From assembly GCA_010909165.1 (NCBI GenBank), contig MU008182.1, forward strand, positions 310,001 to 374,000: a DNA stretch of 64,000 nucleotides, given 5' to 3'. Of this stretch, positions 48,454-61,543 are shown piece after piece (positions within the stretch are counted from its first letter, which is position 1; the number at the start of each line of letters is the position of its first letter). A program made the translations under genes and the position numbers. The notes under the pieces were generated by a model. It did not search any database. It was given only the letters and a program-made list of their open reading frames with translations, and was not told where the DNA came from. The stretch comes from Anthoceros angustus. Lineage: Eukaryota > Plantae > Anthocerotophyta.

Positions 48454-48612
48454 GCACCTCGAGGAGTTGGTTTGCGAGTCGTCAGTTGACGGCGGCCTCT
48501 TTAAAGAACAGCACCTCGAGGAGTTGGTTTGCGAGTCGTCAGTTGACGGCGGCCTCTTTAAAGAGCAGCACCTCGAGGAGTTGGTTTGCGAGTCGTCAGT
48601 TGACGGCGGCCT
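48454..48612 (+). repeat. 57-bp tandem repeat, about 2.8 copies
   Basis: GCACCTCGAGGAGTTGGTTTGCGAGTCGTCAGTTGACGGCGGCCT at 48454, 48511 and 48568. Confidence 0.95.
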
Positions 48613-49161
48613 ACTTGGAGCCTAGTCCTGCTGCCTCTATGAAGATGCTCGAGTCTCTCCCTCAATAAAGAGGCTGGAATGCTAGCTTGTAAACAGGACT
48701 TCAAACCCGTAAAAATGCTGGAATGCTAGTTTGAAGACGGGACTTCAAATCCGGATGCAGCTTGCTGTAAACCAATTTGCCAGATGGGATAGGTATGACA
48801 ATCCTATAAAGAGAAAATGGGATTTTTCTCTCGTCTCTCCGTAAATACCTTTATTCCACTAACAGCTGTTTGTAAGGGTCGTCACGAACTTTGAGCGCTC
48901 AAGACGAAGTGTGAAAACACAAGAAAATCCCTCTTCACAAAAAAAGTTCAGCACCTTCTCAATTAACCAAACCGAAGTGACCACTGGACGCCCTCACAGA
49001 ATCTGCCAATTTCATCATACTGTTTATGGAACAATCGATATCAAAAGGCCAACCCAAAACAAGCTGTTACAGTTTGCATTGCTTGACAATGCTGTTACAG
49101 TTTCATGACACCCGCGGATGCTGCTTAAAGCAAGTCAGGAGTAGAGGAGGAAAACTGAGGA

Positions 49162-52100
49162 TCAAGAACAAGGTTGAGGCCTCAGAACTCGCAAAAAGTA
49201 GTCATGAATCTCGGGAATGATGCGCTGGACCAGAGACGCATACCTTCAACCAAGAGACAATATCAGTTTCAAGCTCACACACTTTGACACAGTCAAGATT
49301 TGCAACTTGTGTTGCCAGACAATGCAGCTATGCACAACTTGATTTACCCTGTCACGGTACACATTTGATCGTGATGTTCCAAAATAAACAGAACACATAT
49401 TTGCCTTAATGACCCAGCATGATAAGCTTCAGCTAACTCGAAGATAACGGATACATTCTCAACAGTCAGATCCTGCACAGATGAAGGTAGCAAAGGGTTG
49501 TTGCTTGGTACAAAGAAGCAACCATATAACACATACAACAGCTTAACAGAGACACCATACCTGAGCTATAGCATACTCACAGAGTCGCTTTAAGCCCTCA
49601 AGAAGGTATTGATCTGCAGCCCGAAGTAGATCTTGGGCAATGTCTGCAGTCACTTCCACCGTGCCAGTGTAGATGCACCTGCAGGGAAACGCTGAGTATA
49701 TCTGGCAGAGAGGTACATTCGGACTTTCACAAAAGAGTAAACTATTGCCACTGCTGCCCTTCACTTCAAACAGCTGTACCTCATCATCAACTCAAACACC
49801 TTCCAGCTGATGTTTGGAATTTCAATATCTTGAGCTTCCTTCTCCTGTGGAAAAGGAACCTTTAGTTAGAACAGAGACTCAGTTAGTTTGCTGAGGTGTC
49901 ACACCGTCACCCTTTCGGGTGATGTCTGGAATGAATCATATTTCTAATCAGCATTGTACCAAACACAATGTCTGCACCATTCTTGATTCACGGACACAGA
50001 AGTTGAATGGTGACTGCTTTTTAGCCAAAGCAATCCTTCTGTCACATCTCATCTTGACCTCTGCCTAGTTTGCAGCAAGTAATATAGCAGTGGTAGTGTG
50101 TACTCTGTATCCTCCATCAAACATAGCACGAAAAGCATCAGAAGATGCAAGCAGGGCAATCCGATGTGCATAGAACCGATTCCCTGCGGATAGTTCACAT
50201 GTGAGACATTAATTAGGGAAAGAAAATTATGGAGAAAGAGAGCAAAAACACAGCACAGCACACCTTCGACAAGAAATGTGACATCCGACAAAGTGCTGTT
50301 GTTCACGTACTGCTCCCCAAGGTATACCTGATCTCACGGAAAGCAAGAAGACCTCTTAGCCTGTGTCTACACTTCATGACTTCCTTATTGGATGGATGGA
50401 TAGCTATACACAGCAGATAAAAACCACCTGAGGTGTAGGTGGTGGAGGGGCAGCATCGATAGGAGACAAAGCTGCAGCCTTGGTGGCTAAGGTGTGCAGT
50501 GCAACAGCTCCGTCATGCTGTTGTTTGGAGCTCCCAAAAGAATTCAGCATCTCCAACAGCACTTCCATGCCTGCACAGGCCGTGACTCTGAACAATCATT
50601 CCAAGGAATTGTATACTGCCTAAGAGGTGGGATGATCCAACAGAAACACCTAAACATAGCAGCAAATCGGCCCAAAACACATCTGTGGGCCCACCAGGAT
50701 TTTCAATAAATATAGTCCGTTGATCTTCTGGTGCACAAAGATGTGCCAACGTCGTAGCAACCCGTCGCTGAACTATCTTGTCTGACTGGCGCATAAGGTA
50801 CAATAAATGCTTCAGGACCTGCACAGTCAATCTCTTTAGAGAACGCAGTGTTCACTCTAGATCTTTTTAGTACATAAGGTACCACGAGCAAGTGCATACT
50901 CGCCCATGTATCTTCTCCTCCAACCTCTTCAAAGTCTTCTGAACACAGTCCTTTGAAGCCTGTCATGCAGGGAGCCAGAATCATTCTAGTTGACCCACAA
51001 AGTAGTTGAGAGCGAATGCGGATATATTTTTTTGTTTCAATTCCCCAGTAATCTTTGGGTTTGTCACCAATGTGTTGTTCATTCGCCGACCTTTTCCAGT
51101 CAGTAAAATAGCAAATACCTGAACAATCAGATCACCATCTTGTAATCTCTGTACACCACCTTCTCTAACGATGTCTGACACATTATCCTGATAGTAAACA
51201 CATTGTTAACCACTGTATCAAATTTGCAGGTCATCTGAACAAATGCTTTGGAGAAGCCATAATCCATATCAACTAACTGCCAAGGCCCTACTGACTCAAC
51301 TCCTTTACTTAAACACACAGAACACTAGCGGGGATGTCAGTCTCAGGACATAATTCAAATAAACAACACATGAAGAAGTCAAACTCCACCTCATTATCTG
51401 CAAGACCATAGAGTGCAAAAGCAGCATTGTGCTGCAGAGAACCGTTCTTTGCATCCAGAAGTTCCAGCAAGGGCCTGAGGCCACCGTCATGTACAATCCC
51501 CGCCTGATTGTGGGTGTTCTGCTGAGGCTAGAATGAGAATTAGACAGGTCTCCAATAGCAGTAAGCTTCAGCAACCATGTCAAACTGAATCCGCAAAGCC
51601 AAACCTGAGCCAACCGACCCAGCGCAAACGCTGCCATCTCACGAAGCTGGGGATCTGATGCCTCCAGCATCCGAATGAGTGGTCTCACAGCACCCCGTTG
51701 AACTATATGAACCTTTAGCAGAAATCAAATGGCAACATCAACACGTGCATCAACACATCAAGAAAAACCATGTGTGTTACGCGATGAGGTTAAAGCTTGC
51801 CAGAGAAGCATAAAGCATGCAATAATGAGCCAACTTAATGGGACCCAACCAAGAATTGTTACAGAAAATTGAATGCTCACGGAACCTCAAATCAGTCAAC
51901 AAAAGACCTGACATAGGCTCACTGGTGAAGACTCTAGAGAGAAGCCAAAAGCTTGCTATCACTCTGCAGCAATATGTCAATTGACACAGAACAGGTAGAT
52001 GACACATGCCAACCAATACCTTGCATTCTGCATCTGTTGTTGCAAACTGACCCAGCAAAAGAGCAGCCTCTCTTTGACTTTCTTGGCACCTAGAGCTGCA

Positions 52101-54574
52101 GAGGCAACCTTCAAAGCTCAACAATGCGGGCTGGAAATATAGTCCAGAAGGAGGTGAACTGAAGCAGCGAGCCATAGTAGCTAAACCAACACATGAAGGC
52201 ACTACACTAAAAAGAAAAACCGTCCAGTCACAATACACTCTACGAAATTCAGCTGAAATATATGGACAGGTGAACCTAAGAAGCCCAATGACTGGCTGGA
52301 GAGCTCCTGCAAGAAGAACCTCTTTCTTGATGTTGCCTGAAGAATGCACGAGGTTCCCAATAACCCCAACCTGGCAGAACGAATAAAAACAGTGCATTAA
52401 CCTATGAAATTAATATGCAACTGGCATGTTTCCACAGAAAGCATACTTCCATGAAATTTCTGCTTCAAATGGGCTAAAATCATACAAATGTGATAGACCA
52501 CCCCTTCCAACATTGACAAAACCAACTATAAGCTACTCATTTCCTCCTAGAGAAGGGGACAACTTACTGCCTCATAGTGAATCCCAGTATCCTCAGATCG
52601 TAACATAAAGATTAATGTCGGCAGAGCATTTTGTTCAACAATCTGCCAAAACTTTACAGACATAACATCATCATAGATGTAGCACTAGACTCACCATGGA
52701 CGTAGCGCAGAATAGAATAAAGACCTCGCAACAGTGCATCAATTATGACCTGGTTTTTGTTTGCCTCGTTTTTGAATGCCAATGTACGTAATGCACCTGC
52801 AGCTGCCCTCTGTACTTTGCTGTCTGCAGATTCCAACAGCTCCACGAGCGGTGGAATCCCTCCCTCAGTTCTGAGCTCAACCCAGGCAAGTATTCTTAGT
52901 CAGGGAGCAAATGCTGCACCAAGCAATTGGCATGAAGAAACAATGCAAAACAGCAATACTAATTTGCAGGATGTATACCCGTCACAATGCATTAATGTAT
53001 GTCAAAAACATCTGGTAAGCAGCCTAGCTTTAATATCAAAACAGGCCAAACTGACACAAAGTACGATCTAAGAAAAACACTGAAACATGCAATACCTCAC
53101 TCGACTTTTGATACTGAAGTTCTCATGGGCTAGATTTGTCAAAGCATCTGCTGCTCGACGGACAACACCATTAACCAAACGGCCAGCGGTACCACTTCCA
53201 CGCCTCTGTAACAGCGCGACAAGAGATGGCAGTGCACCTGCATCTGCAATCTGTCGTTGATGTTCAGGCTGTTCATCCACAAAACTGCCTCAGATATGGT
53301 GATCAACAAGGATGTCGCTAAAGATCGGCCAGTCAATAAAATGGAATGAGCCACTGACGGTGACTAGAACTTCATGCAAGGCACATCCTCTACACGGAAC
53401 CTCATATTGAACTCACCTTCACAGCAAGAAGTCCAAGTGCAAATGCAGCATCTTTCTCAACCTCGTGCTCACATGCAACTGGCCCTTCCCCGTCGGACAT
53501 CATCGGGGCACAAAGATGTGGTACGAGAGCACCCACTGCTCCTTGGTTCACGATAGTATCCACATGCTCCTCTGCAAGATCCCAGCAACAATAAACTTCA
53601 GGTGTAGCACTCCCATCATGCCCCATTCTGTCTCCAGTGAAACCAAATTAAATACATTGGCCAGCCACAGCTCAATACCAAGCTCATTGGCCCAGACATT
53701 TACAAATGTGAACATTTTCTCATTCAACACAAGCTGACGGACATGCCTAACAGAATATATATTTCGACGTCAAGAAGCAGAAGTTGTGTCTACAGCCATA
53801 AAACATTGAAGAATGTTATATCTGGCAATCCAGGTGAACCAGCAAAACCATTATCCAATTCGAGGACTCGGCCTGACACCCATGGACGATCAGGAACACC
53901 TACTCGGGTCTACGCTGTGCAGACCTTGTAGCCTGAGAGGAGGCACCGATTAATAAACTTAGCCCCGAGAGGAGGATCAACTACTAAGGAATTCACCAAA
54001 GGTGGAGTGTAAAATTCGGGTGGGGATAATTGTTTAACTCCCGTGTGCGGGTCTGATCGCGTGTAGCTCGCACAGATTATATACTTGGCTCAGCGAGCCA
54101 TATAACCGGGCCCGATGCTGTTCCTCTGCATTGAAATTGTTCTTACAGGCAGCTATCGAATACAACTGGGTAACATTTAGGAGATCTACGTTGCAATTAA
54201 GAAGGATTACACCCGCTTACATTAGGCGTCTAGGTCAACAACAACACCAGGAGGGTCCAGCTTGGAGCCAACAGGAAAGTCTCCTCACTGAAGGTCCACC
54301 AGCGAAACACAGAAGAGAACTCACCATGCTTCGCAAGCTCAGCAAGCGTATGGGCAGCTCGCCTTGACGCAATACGATCACTTTCACACCAGGAATTGCA
54401 CGATCGTAGGATCTCGACTTGCGTACGCACATTCTCAATCAGCGGGTCAGAATGCCCGTCAAGTGTGGCTAGAAGACCTAGAGAAGTTTCCGCCAGCTTC
54501 CTCTTGTGCCCCTTCCTTTCGCTGCCAGCCAACGACTTGGTATCCATACGCTCAGCGAGGGATCTTGTCTCCAT
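49162..54574 (-). CDS. ARIA: ARM-repeat plus C-terminal BTB/POZ protein, ARIA/ABAP1 family, 19 exons, 703 aa, intact
   Basis: Exons (minus strand): 54325-54574, 53417-53571, 53096-53268, 52750-52870, 52568-52642, 52276-52370, 52020-52095, 51605-51712, 51390-51518, 51119-51187, 50900-50959, 50695-50818, 50428-50570, 50264-50327, 50104-50183, 49780-49844, 49561-49678, 49348-49472, 49162-49243. Total 2112 nt, all GT-AG, phases consistent. Family motifs EHEVEKDAAFALGLLAVKPEHQ, SQREAALLLGQFA, LSDVTFLVEG, LLRAADQYLLEGLKRLCE. Confidence 0.96.
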
Positions 54575-55066
54575 ACATGCAACAACGAAACTGCAGACTG
54601 AGTCAGCAAACAAGACTTGTAATCCAGAGCTGTGGTCTGCTCCTCAAAACTGGAAAGCCCGAACTCCAAAATCGCCACCAGTTCGACATCACATATTGGT
54701 ATCAGCAGAAATTTGTAACTACATATGTAAACCTCCAAAGTCAGAAGCAACCAATCGTTGATATTCAGGGTACAGAGTTAACACGCCCGAGGGAAATCGA
54801 TATGGACAAACTTCTCGACCTAAGCAGGGTTTAACTGCAGGGTGTTTGTTCCCAATTGCTCAAGCCACATTTCCGCACCTTAACGTTCATTTTACCTGGT
54901 TATTATAAATTATTTATGACATTTATGATGTAATGATACAGTTGTATTTCTTTACATGTCCCCCACAAAATTGAAATATGTAGGATCCAAGTTCTACGGA
55001 ACTGCAAAATTTGCCTTAACACTTCAATTGTGCGCACAATTCATCACCTAGGTTTTCAAAGGTAGC

Positions 55067-55697
55067 GTCATGTCGTGTGACACTAATCTCAACGCTTGGG
55101 TCTAGTGTTTGATTGGAGTTAATTAATCTAATTACTTATCTTGAAGTAGGCAATTAGTATTAATTAATCTAAAAGGTTTAGGTTAATAAGTATTGATTTT
55201 GTTAATTAAATATAGTTAGCGATATGAGAGAGTAGCTTGCACGTCGTGCCACAAACACACTCTCCCCACAAAAAAAAACACGCAAATACCTCACACACCG
55301 CTCTCCGAGTCACAGCTTTGACCTCCTCACAACACTCTTGCATTGCATATCTAGAGGACAAGCTATGATCTGAGCTTGTCCTCTGTAAAAGGGTCTATGT
55401 ATACTAGCCCTTGGCATCGGCATATTCCTGAGATATCTTATTGGCATCGGCATATTCTTGATATATCCTATTGGCATCAGCATATGCTGGAAATATCCTA
55501 AGAATAGATTGTAATATGCAAAGTGTTTATCCACTGAGCTATTGCTAACCATGTTTAATTAACACTAATCAATACTGAATTAAAATAAGCATTTTAGATT
55601 TTAATACTAATTACTTGCTTAAAGATAAGTAATTAGATTAATTAACATTAATCAAACACTAAACCCAAGCGTTGAGATTAGTGTCACATAGCATGAC
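55067..55697. mobile_element. MITE/foldback-like element with about 155-bp terminal inverted repeats, about 490 bp upstream of the ARIA start
   Basis: 55067-55224 is the reverse complement of about 55540-55697 (core TGTGACACTAATCTCAACGCTTGGGT). The interior has a perfect 12-bp stem (55353-55384) and three 30-bp TGGCATCGGCATAT repeats. No clear TSD. Confidence 0.75.
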
Positions 55698-55935
55698 AGT
55701 TGTCGCATGAGATAAGCACTTGCATTTATATGAGCACTTTCTCAACAGACAACCAAGACAATTCAAATATGCAAATATAGGTGCAAACCAATCCCCCTTG
55801 TTAATGTGAGACTCCAAGTCAAAATATTATCATTTGTAGGACTACTCACATATACACCTCATGTAGCGCATTCTGCATAAGCCAATCTCCTTCGGAAAAC
55901 CTTGTCCATAGGTTATGAACCTTGTCCATACATAA

Positions 55936-58900
55936 TGTACTCCTTCCAATAATATTGAGCCACCTTCTTTCGTAGCTTGGCGTGCTTCCGAGGTGAAAGC
56001 CCTTATGGCAATTCCCCAGACCTTAGGAGGTCACTGCTACTGCATCTGCCCAGATGTCCCTGTCAGACTTTAGATACAAAGCAAGGAGTGGAGGGCGGTC
56101 TTCAGCATCCTCATGCAGCATGGCCAATGTGTCATATGGACTACTCTCCCCTCTAGCCAATTGCTCGTTGATAGAATCCCAGCAGTAGGATTGTGTAGCA
56201 TGCATCTAGTCCATGATGAAGGATCGTGTGGCAGCCCATGATGGTGGAAAGAGGAGAGGAGAGGAGGAGGCAAGTATAACTCTCTCACATTGAGATGAGG
56301 CTTTGGAGAGTATTTATACCCTCCAACAGGGCTCCCTAGGAAGCTCCACAAGAAGCCCCTAGGAAGGAGCACAAGAAGCTTCCTAGTGATTAGCTTCAGC
56401 TAAACTAATGATACTTAACTGACACCTAACTTAGACTAAGTGTATTAGTCTAAGTACATTGGGCTTTAATACCCTTACAACCTCCCACTTAAAGGCCAAT
56501 TTACCTTCAGAGGAGAATGGACTATCTCATGCCCATCGATGTCCGAGCTTGTGCAAATTGCTCGTAGAGAGTCCCTTGGTAAGAATATCTCAGGTTCGGG
56601 TGTGAACCTTGACAAGTTGTACCCTCTTGTCATCCAACACCTCTCGAATGAAGTGATACTTCACATCCACATGTTTAGTCTTCGCATGAAACATCGGATT
56701 CTTTGCCAATTGGATAGCACTGCTATCACAATGCAACACCGGCAACCAACCTTGATCCCCAAGTCTCCCACTAAACGAGCAAGCCATATGGCTTCCTTGC
56801 AAGCCCCGCCACGCAACATACTCCTGTGGTAGATAGCGAATGCACGATCGCAAACGAGATCGCCATGAGATCGCCTCCAAAGGCACATGAAGACATAACG
56901 ATGTGGACCTCCTTTTGTCCATATCCCCTGCATAATCAAGATATGTGTACCCAACCACACATGCATCTTCACTACCAAAACATATGCACAAAGCTTTTGT
57001 ACCATTCGATACCTCATAACTCCTTTTATCGCCTCCCAATGCTTCTTGCTGTGGTTTGACATAAACTCGCTAACCACTCCCACCGCAAAGGCAATGTCGA
57101 CGTAGCAATCATTGCATACATCAAACTCCCTACATGATGAGTATGGGACCTTCTCCATTTCAGCTTTGTCCTCGTAGCTTGGGCAATCCGCTTGAAAGTT
57201 TCACATATGGAGGCAATGGAGTACCCAATGGCTTCCCTTCTCCATGTTGAAACGTTGAAGCACCCTGTTAATGTATTCCGTCTGAGACAAATAAAGCAGA
57301 CGCTTATGTCTGTTCCGACGAATACGCATGCCAAGTATATGGCTCGCCTCCCAAGTCTCGCTATTTCAAAGTGAGCATTCAACTTTGACTTCAACAAATC
57401 TCATCAAGACTTCCAAGAATTAGCATATCATCCACATAGAGGATCAAAATGAGCAAGCTTTGATCCTTAGCTTGCTCAGATAGAGGCAATGATCCTCATC
57501 GCTTCGTTTGTAGCCTTGAGAAAGCATAAATGAGTGGAACTTGTGATACCACTGGGTGCTGTTTCAAACCATAAAGGCTCTTCCTCAACCTCGCACACCG
57601 ATTCTCTTTGCCCTTCTCAACAAAACCTTCCGTTGCATGTAGACTTCCTCTTGAAGGTCACCATGCAAGAATGCCGCCTTGACATCCATCCGCATAAGTT
57701 CCATATCATCCCGCAACCAAAGCAAGAACACATCGCAAAGTTGTCATTTTGACTATTGGTGAGAAAATCTCATCAAAGTCAATGCACAGTTGTTGCTTGA
57801 AACCCTTAGCAACCAATCGTGCCTTGTACTTTGGTTTGCCATCAAGGTATGACCTTCATCTTGTACACCCATTTGCACCAGAGTGCCTTCTTATCCCTAG
57901 GCAACCGAACCAACTCCCAAGTTTGGTTCTTATGCAGCGAATTCATTTCTGACTGCATGGCCTTCTCCCACTTCTCTTTGTTACTCATTGACATGGCCTC
58001 TTTGTAAGAAGAGGGTTCCCCACAACTGTCAAAGATGACATAATCCGAGATGGATCATACCGCCGAGGTCGTGTAATCCGCTGACCTAAAGCATGCACCT
58101 CTATAGGTGCTTGTTCGACTCTTGGTTCATCTATCGGTGGAGGAATGTGCTCGCACATTACCACTATCAACCCGCCCATGATGATCATGTCCATCTTCTT
58201 GAAGATCACCCTTCGCACCTCCACGCTTGGAGTAGGCTTCTGCATCTTGTTCTCATTGAAGAACACGTCGTTAGTACGAACAACCTTTCTAGCCTCTGGA
58301 TCCCACAAACGGTATCCCATCTCTCCAGAATCACCATAGCCAAGAAAAATACATTTCTTGGACTTAGGTGCCAACTTGTCCCGAAACTCTTTTGGAACAT
58401 GGCAAGATGCCTCACAACCCAAACACTCGCAGATGCTTGTAGGATGGTTTCTTTCCGGACCATAGCTCCTCCGAACTCGCCATCAACAAATTTTATTAGG
58501 AGATCATTAATAAGATGAACTGAGACACGCTCGCCCAAAACCCATTAGGCAATCGAGTTTGACAACAAACTCGCATCCTCTCTGAATGGTTACATTCATC
58601 CTCGGCCACACCATTTTGTGGAGGAGTATCTGGTGATCAATTCTCTTTTGATTCCCTTGGAATCACGGAATGGCTGAAAGCTTTCAAAAACATACTCTCC
58701 ACCATTATACGTCCTTAGACACTTCAATCGGCGACGATTCTCTACAAGGGTGACAAATTTACGAAACACCGTCGAACTTCATCCTTTTTCCTCAAAGGAT
58801 AAACCCACACCTTGCGTGAGAAAATCATCTATAAGTGACAAAATAGGAGGCACCGCCTAATGATGCGATGAGCATGGGTCCACATACATCACTGTGAACC

Positions 58901-59300
58901 AACTCAAGAGGTTTACTCCTACCTTTACCTCTTGTTCGATGTGATGATTTTGTCTGTTTCCCATATAAACAGTGCTCACACATCGAGAGATCAGAGAAGT
59001 TAAGAACAGGGATATAACCAGAACGAGATAAAACCTTCATTCCCTTCTGAGACATATGTCCTAACCGGCAATGCCACAAGGAAACATTTGGCTGCTCTTT
59101 CACACATATCACATGATCTTTGACAAAGGTTTACTCAAGTGAGTACAAAGTGCCACACTTCGATCCACGAGCTAACACAAGAGAACCTTTGAGATCTTCC
59201 AAGAGTGATCCCCAAAACCAAGAAGGTAACCAAAGATCATCCAACCGCGCTAATCATGCTTTTGTCAACTTCGAACATGCCTAACGCCCTTCAAAGATGA
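55936..59300 (-). mobile_element. Ty1/copia element G (protease end, integrase, RT, RNase H, PPT, 3' LTR)
   Basis: LWHCRLGHMS, VHSDVCGP, HVPKEFRDKLAPKSKKCIFLGY, ILILYVDD, CDSSAIQLAKNPMFHAKTKH. PPT AAGTGGGAGGT (56480-56490), then LTR starting TGTAAGGG at 56479. The other LTR end near 55936 is tentative. Confidence 0.92.
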
Positions 59301-59316
59301 ATGAAGATCCGTTGTC

Positions 59317-59860
59317 AAACTTGACCTACAACGACACAAAACCCATTAGGCAATCCGCTTGAAAGTTTCACATATGGAGGCAATGATCCTCATCCTCTTC
59401 CTCAACCTCGCACACCGATTCTCTACAAGGGTGACAAATTTACGAAACACCGTCGAACTTCATCCTTTTTCCTCAAAGGATAAACCCACACCTTGCGTGA
59501 GAAATCATCTATAAGTGACAAAATAGGAGGCACCGCCTAATGATGCGATGAGCATGGGTCCACATACATCACGTGAACCAACTCAAGAGGTTTACTCCTA
59601 CCTTTACCTCTTGTTCGATGTGATGATTTTATGCATGGCCTTCTCCCACTTCTCTTTGTTGCTCATTGACATGGCCTTCTCCACTTCTCTTTGTTACTCA
59701 TTGACATGGCCTTCTCCACTTCTCTTTGTTACTCATTGACATGGCCTTCTCCACTCGGGGCGCTCTTTTACTTGCAGATTTGGGATTCGTCCCTACTTAA
59801 GACCAAACTTCTCCACTTCTCTTTGTTGCTCATTGACATGGCCTTCTCCATGTTGAAACG
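59317..59860. other. Mosaic of short locally copied segments joined at microhomologies
   Basis: Consecutive pieces match about 61871, 58537, 57183, 57485, 57581, 58737-58949 and 57955, and include a 35-bp loop repeated 3.5 times (59635-59755). Confidence 0.85.
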
Positions 59861-61543
59861 TTGAAGCACCAATGTATTCCGTGAGACAAAATAAAGCGAC
59901 GCTTATGTCTGCTCCGACGAATACGCATGCCAAGTATATGGCTCGCCTCCCAAGTCTCATATTTCAAAGTGAGCATTCAACTTTGACTTCAACAAATCTC
60001 ATCAAGATCGCTTAAAGAATTAGCATATCATCCACATAGAGGATCAAAATGAGCAAGCTTTGATCCTTAGCTTGCTTCAGATAGAGGCAATGATCCTCAT
60101 CCACGCTTGTAGCCTTGAGAAAGCATAAATGAGTGGAACTTGTGATACCACTGGGTGCCCGTTTCAAACCATAAAGGCTCTTCCTCAACCTCGCACACCG
60201 ATTCTCTTTGCCCTTCTCAACAAAACCTTTGTCGCATGTAGACTTCTTGAAGGTCACCATGCAAGAATGCCGCCTTGACATCCATCCGCATAAGTTCCAT
60301 ATCATTCTCGCAACCAAAGCAAGAACACATCGCAGTTGTCATTTTGACTATTGGTGAGAAAATCTCATCAAAGTCAATGCCCGTTGTTGCTTGAAACCCT
60401 TAGCAACCAATCGTGCCTTGTACTTTGGTTTGCCATCAAGGGTATGACCTTCATCTTGTACACCCATTTGCACCAGAGTGCCTTCTTATCCTAGGCAACC
60501 GAACCACCAACTCCCAAGTTTGGTTCTTATGCAATTCATTTCGATCGCATGGCCTTCTCCCACTTCTTGTTGCTCATTGACATGGCCTCTTTGTAAGAAG
60601 AGGGTTCCCCACAATCACAAGATGACATAATCCGAGATGGATCATACCTGAGGTCGTGTAATCCGCCTCGACCTCACGAAGCATGCACCTCTATAGGTGC
60701 TTGTTCGACTCTTGGTTCATCTATGGAGGAATGTGCTCCCGCACATTACCACTATCAACCCGCCCATGATGATCATGTCCATCTTCTTGAAGATCACCCT
60801 TCGCACCTCCACGCTTGGAGTAGGCTTGTGCATCTTGTTCTCATTGAAGAACACGTCGTTAGTACGAACAACCTTTCTAGCCTCGGATCCCACAAACGGT
60901 ATCCCATCTCACGAATCACCATAGCCAAGAAAAATACATTTCTTGGACTTAGGTGCCAACTTGTCCCGAAACTCTTTTGGAACATGGCAAGATGCCTCAC
61001 AACCCAAACACTCGCAGATGCTTGTAGGATGGTTTCTTTCCACCATAGCTCCTCCGAACTCGCCATCAATGCCTTATTAGGAGATCTGTTAATAAGATGA
61101 ATGCAGAGACGCTCGCCCAAAACCCATTAGGCAATCCGAGTTTGACAACAAAACCACGATCCTCTCCTCGAATGGTTCTGCTTCATCCGCCACCACACCA
61201 TTTTGTGGAGGAGATACTAAACTCTTTTGATTCCTTGGAATCATGTAATGACCGAAAGCTTTCAAACATACTTCCACCATTATCCGTCCTTAGACACTTC
61301 AATCGGTGGCCAGACTGATTCTCTACAAGGGTGACAAATTTCTGAAACACCGTCAGAACTTCATCCTTTTTCCTCAAAGGATAAACCCACACCTTGCGTG
61401 AGAAATCATCTATGAAAGTGACAAAATAGGAGGCACCGCCTAATGATGCAGGAGGCATAGGTCCACATACATCACTGTGAACCAACTCAAGAGGTTTACT
61501 CCTACCTTTACCTCTTGTTCGATGTGATGATTTTATCTGTTTC
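59845..61543 (-). repeat. Second, more indel-rich copy of copia G RT-integrase (duplicates about 57238-58955)
   Basis: Collinear identity, e.g. ORFs 60794-61120 versus 58206-58538. Interrupted at ...CTGTTTC by element 4. Confidence 0.9.

Noticed and set aside
48454-48612. CRISPR array from the 57-bp repeats
   Set aside because: The units are contiguous with no unique spacers.
54364-54834. Plus-strand ORFs (156 aa and 121 aa) overlapping ARIA exon 1
   Set aside because: They are antisense shadows of a GC-balanced exon and UTR, with no recognisable domain.
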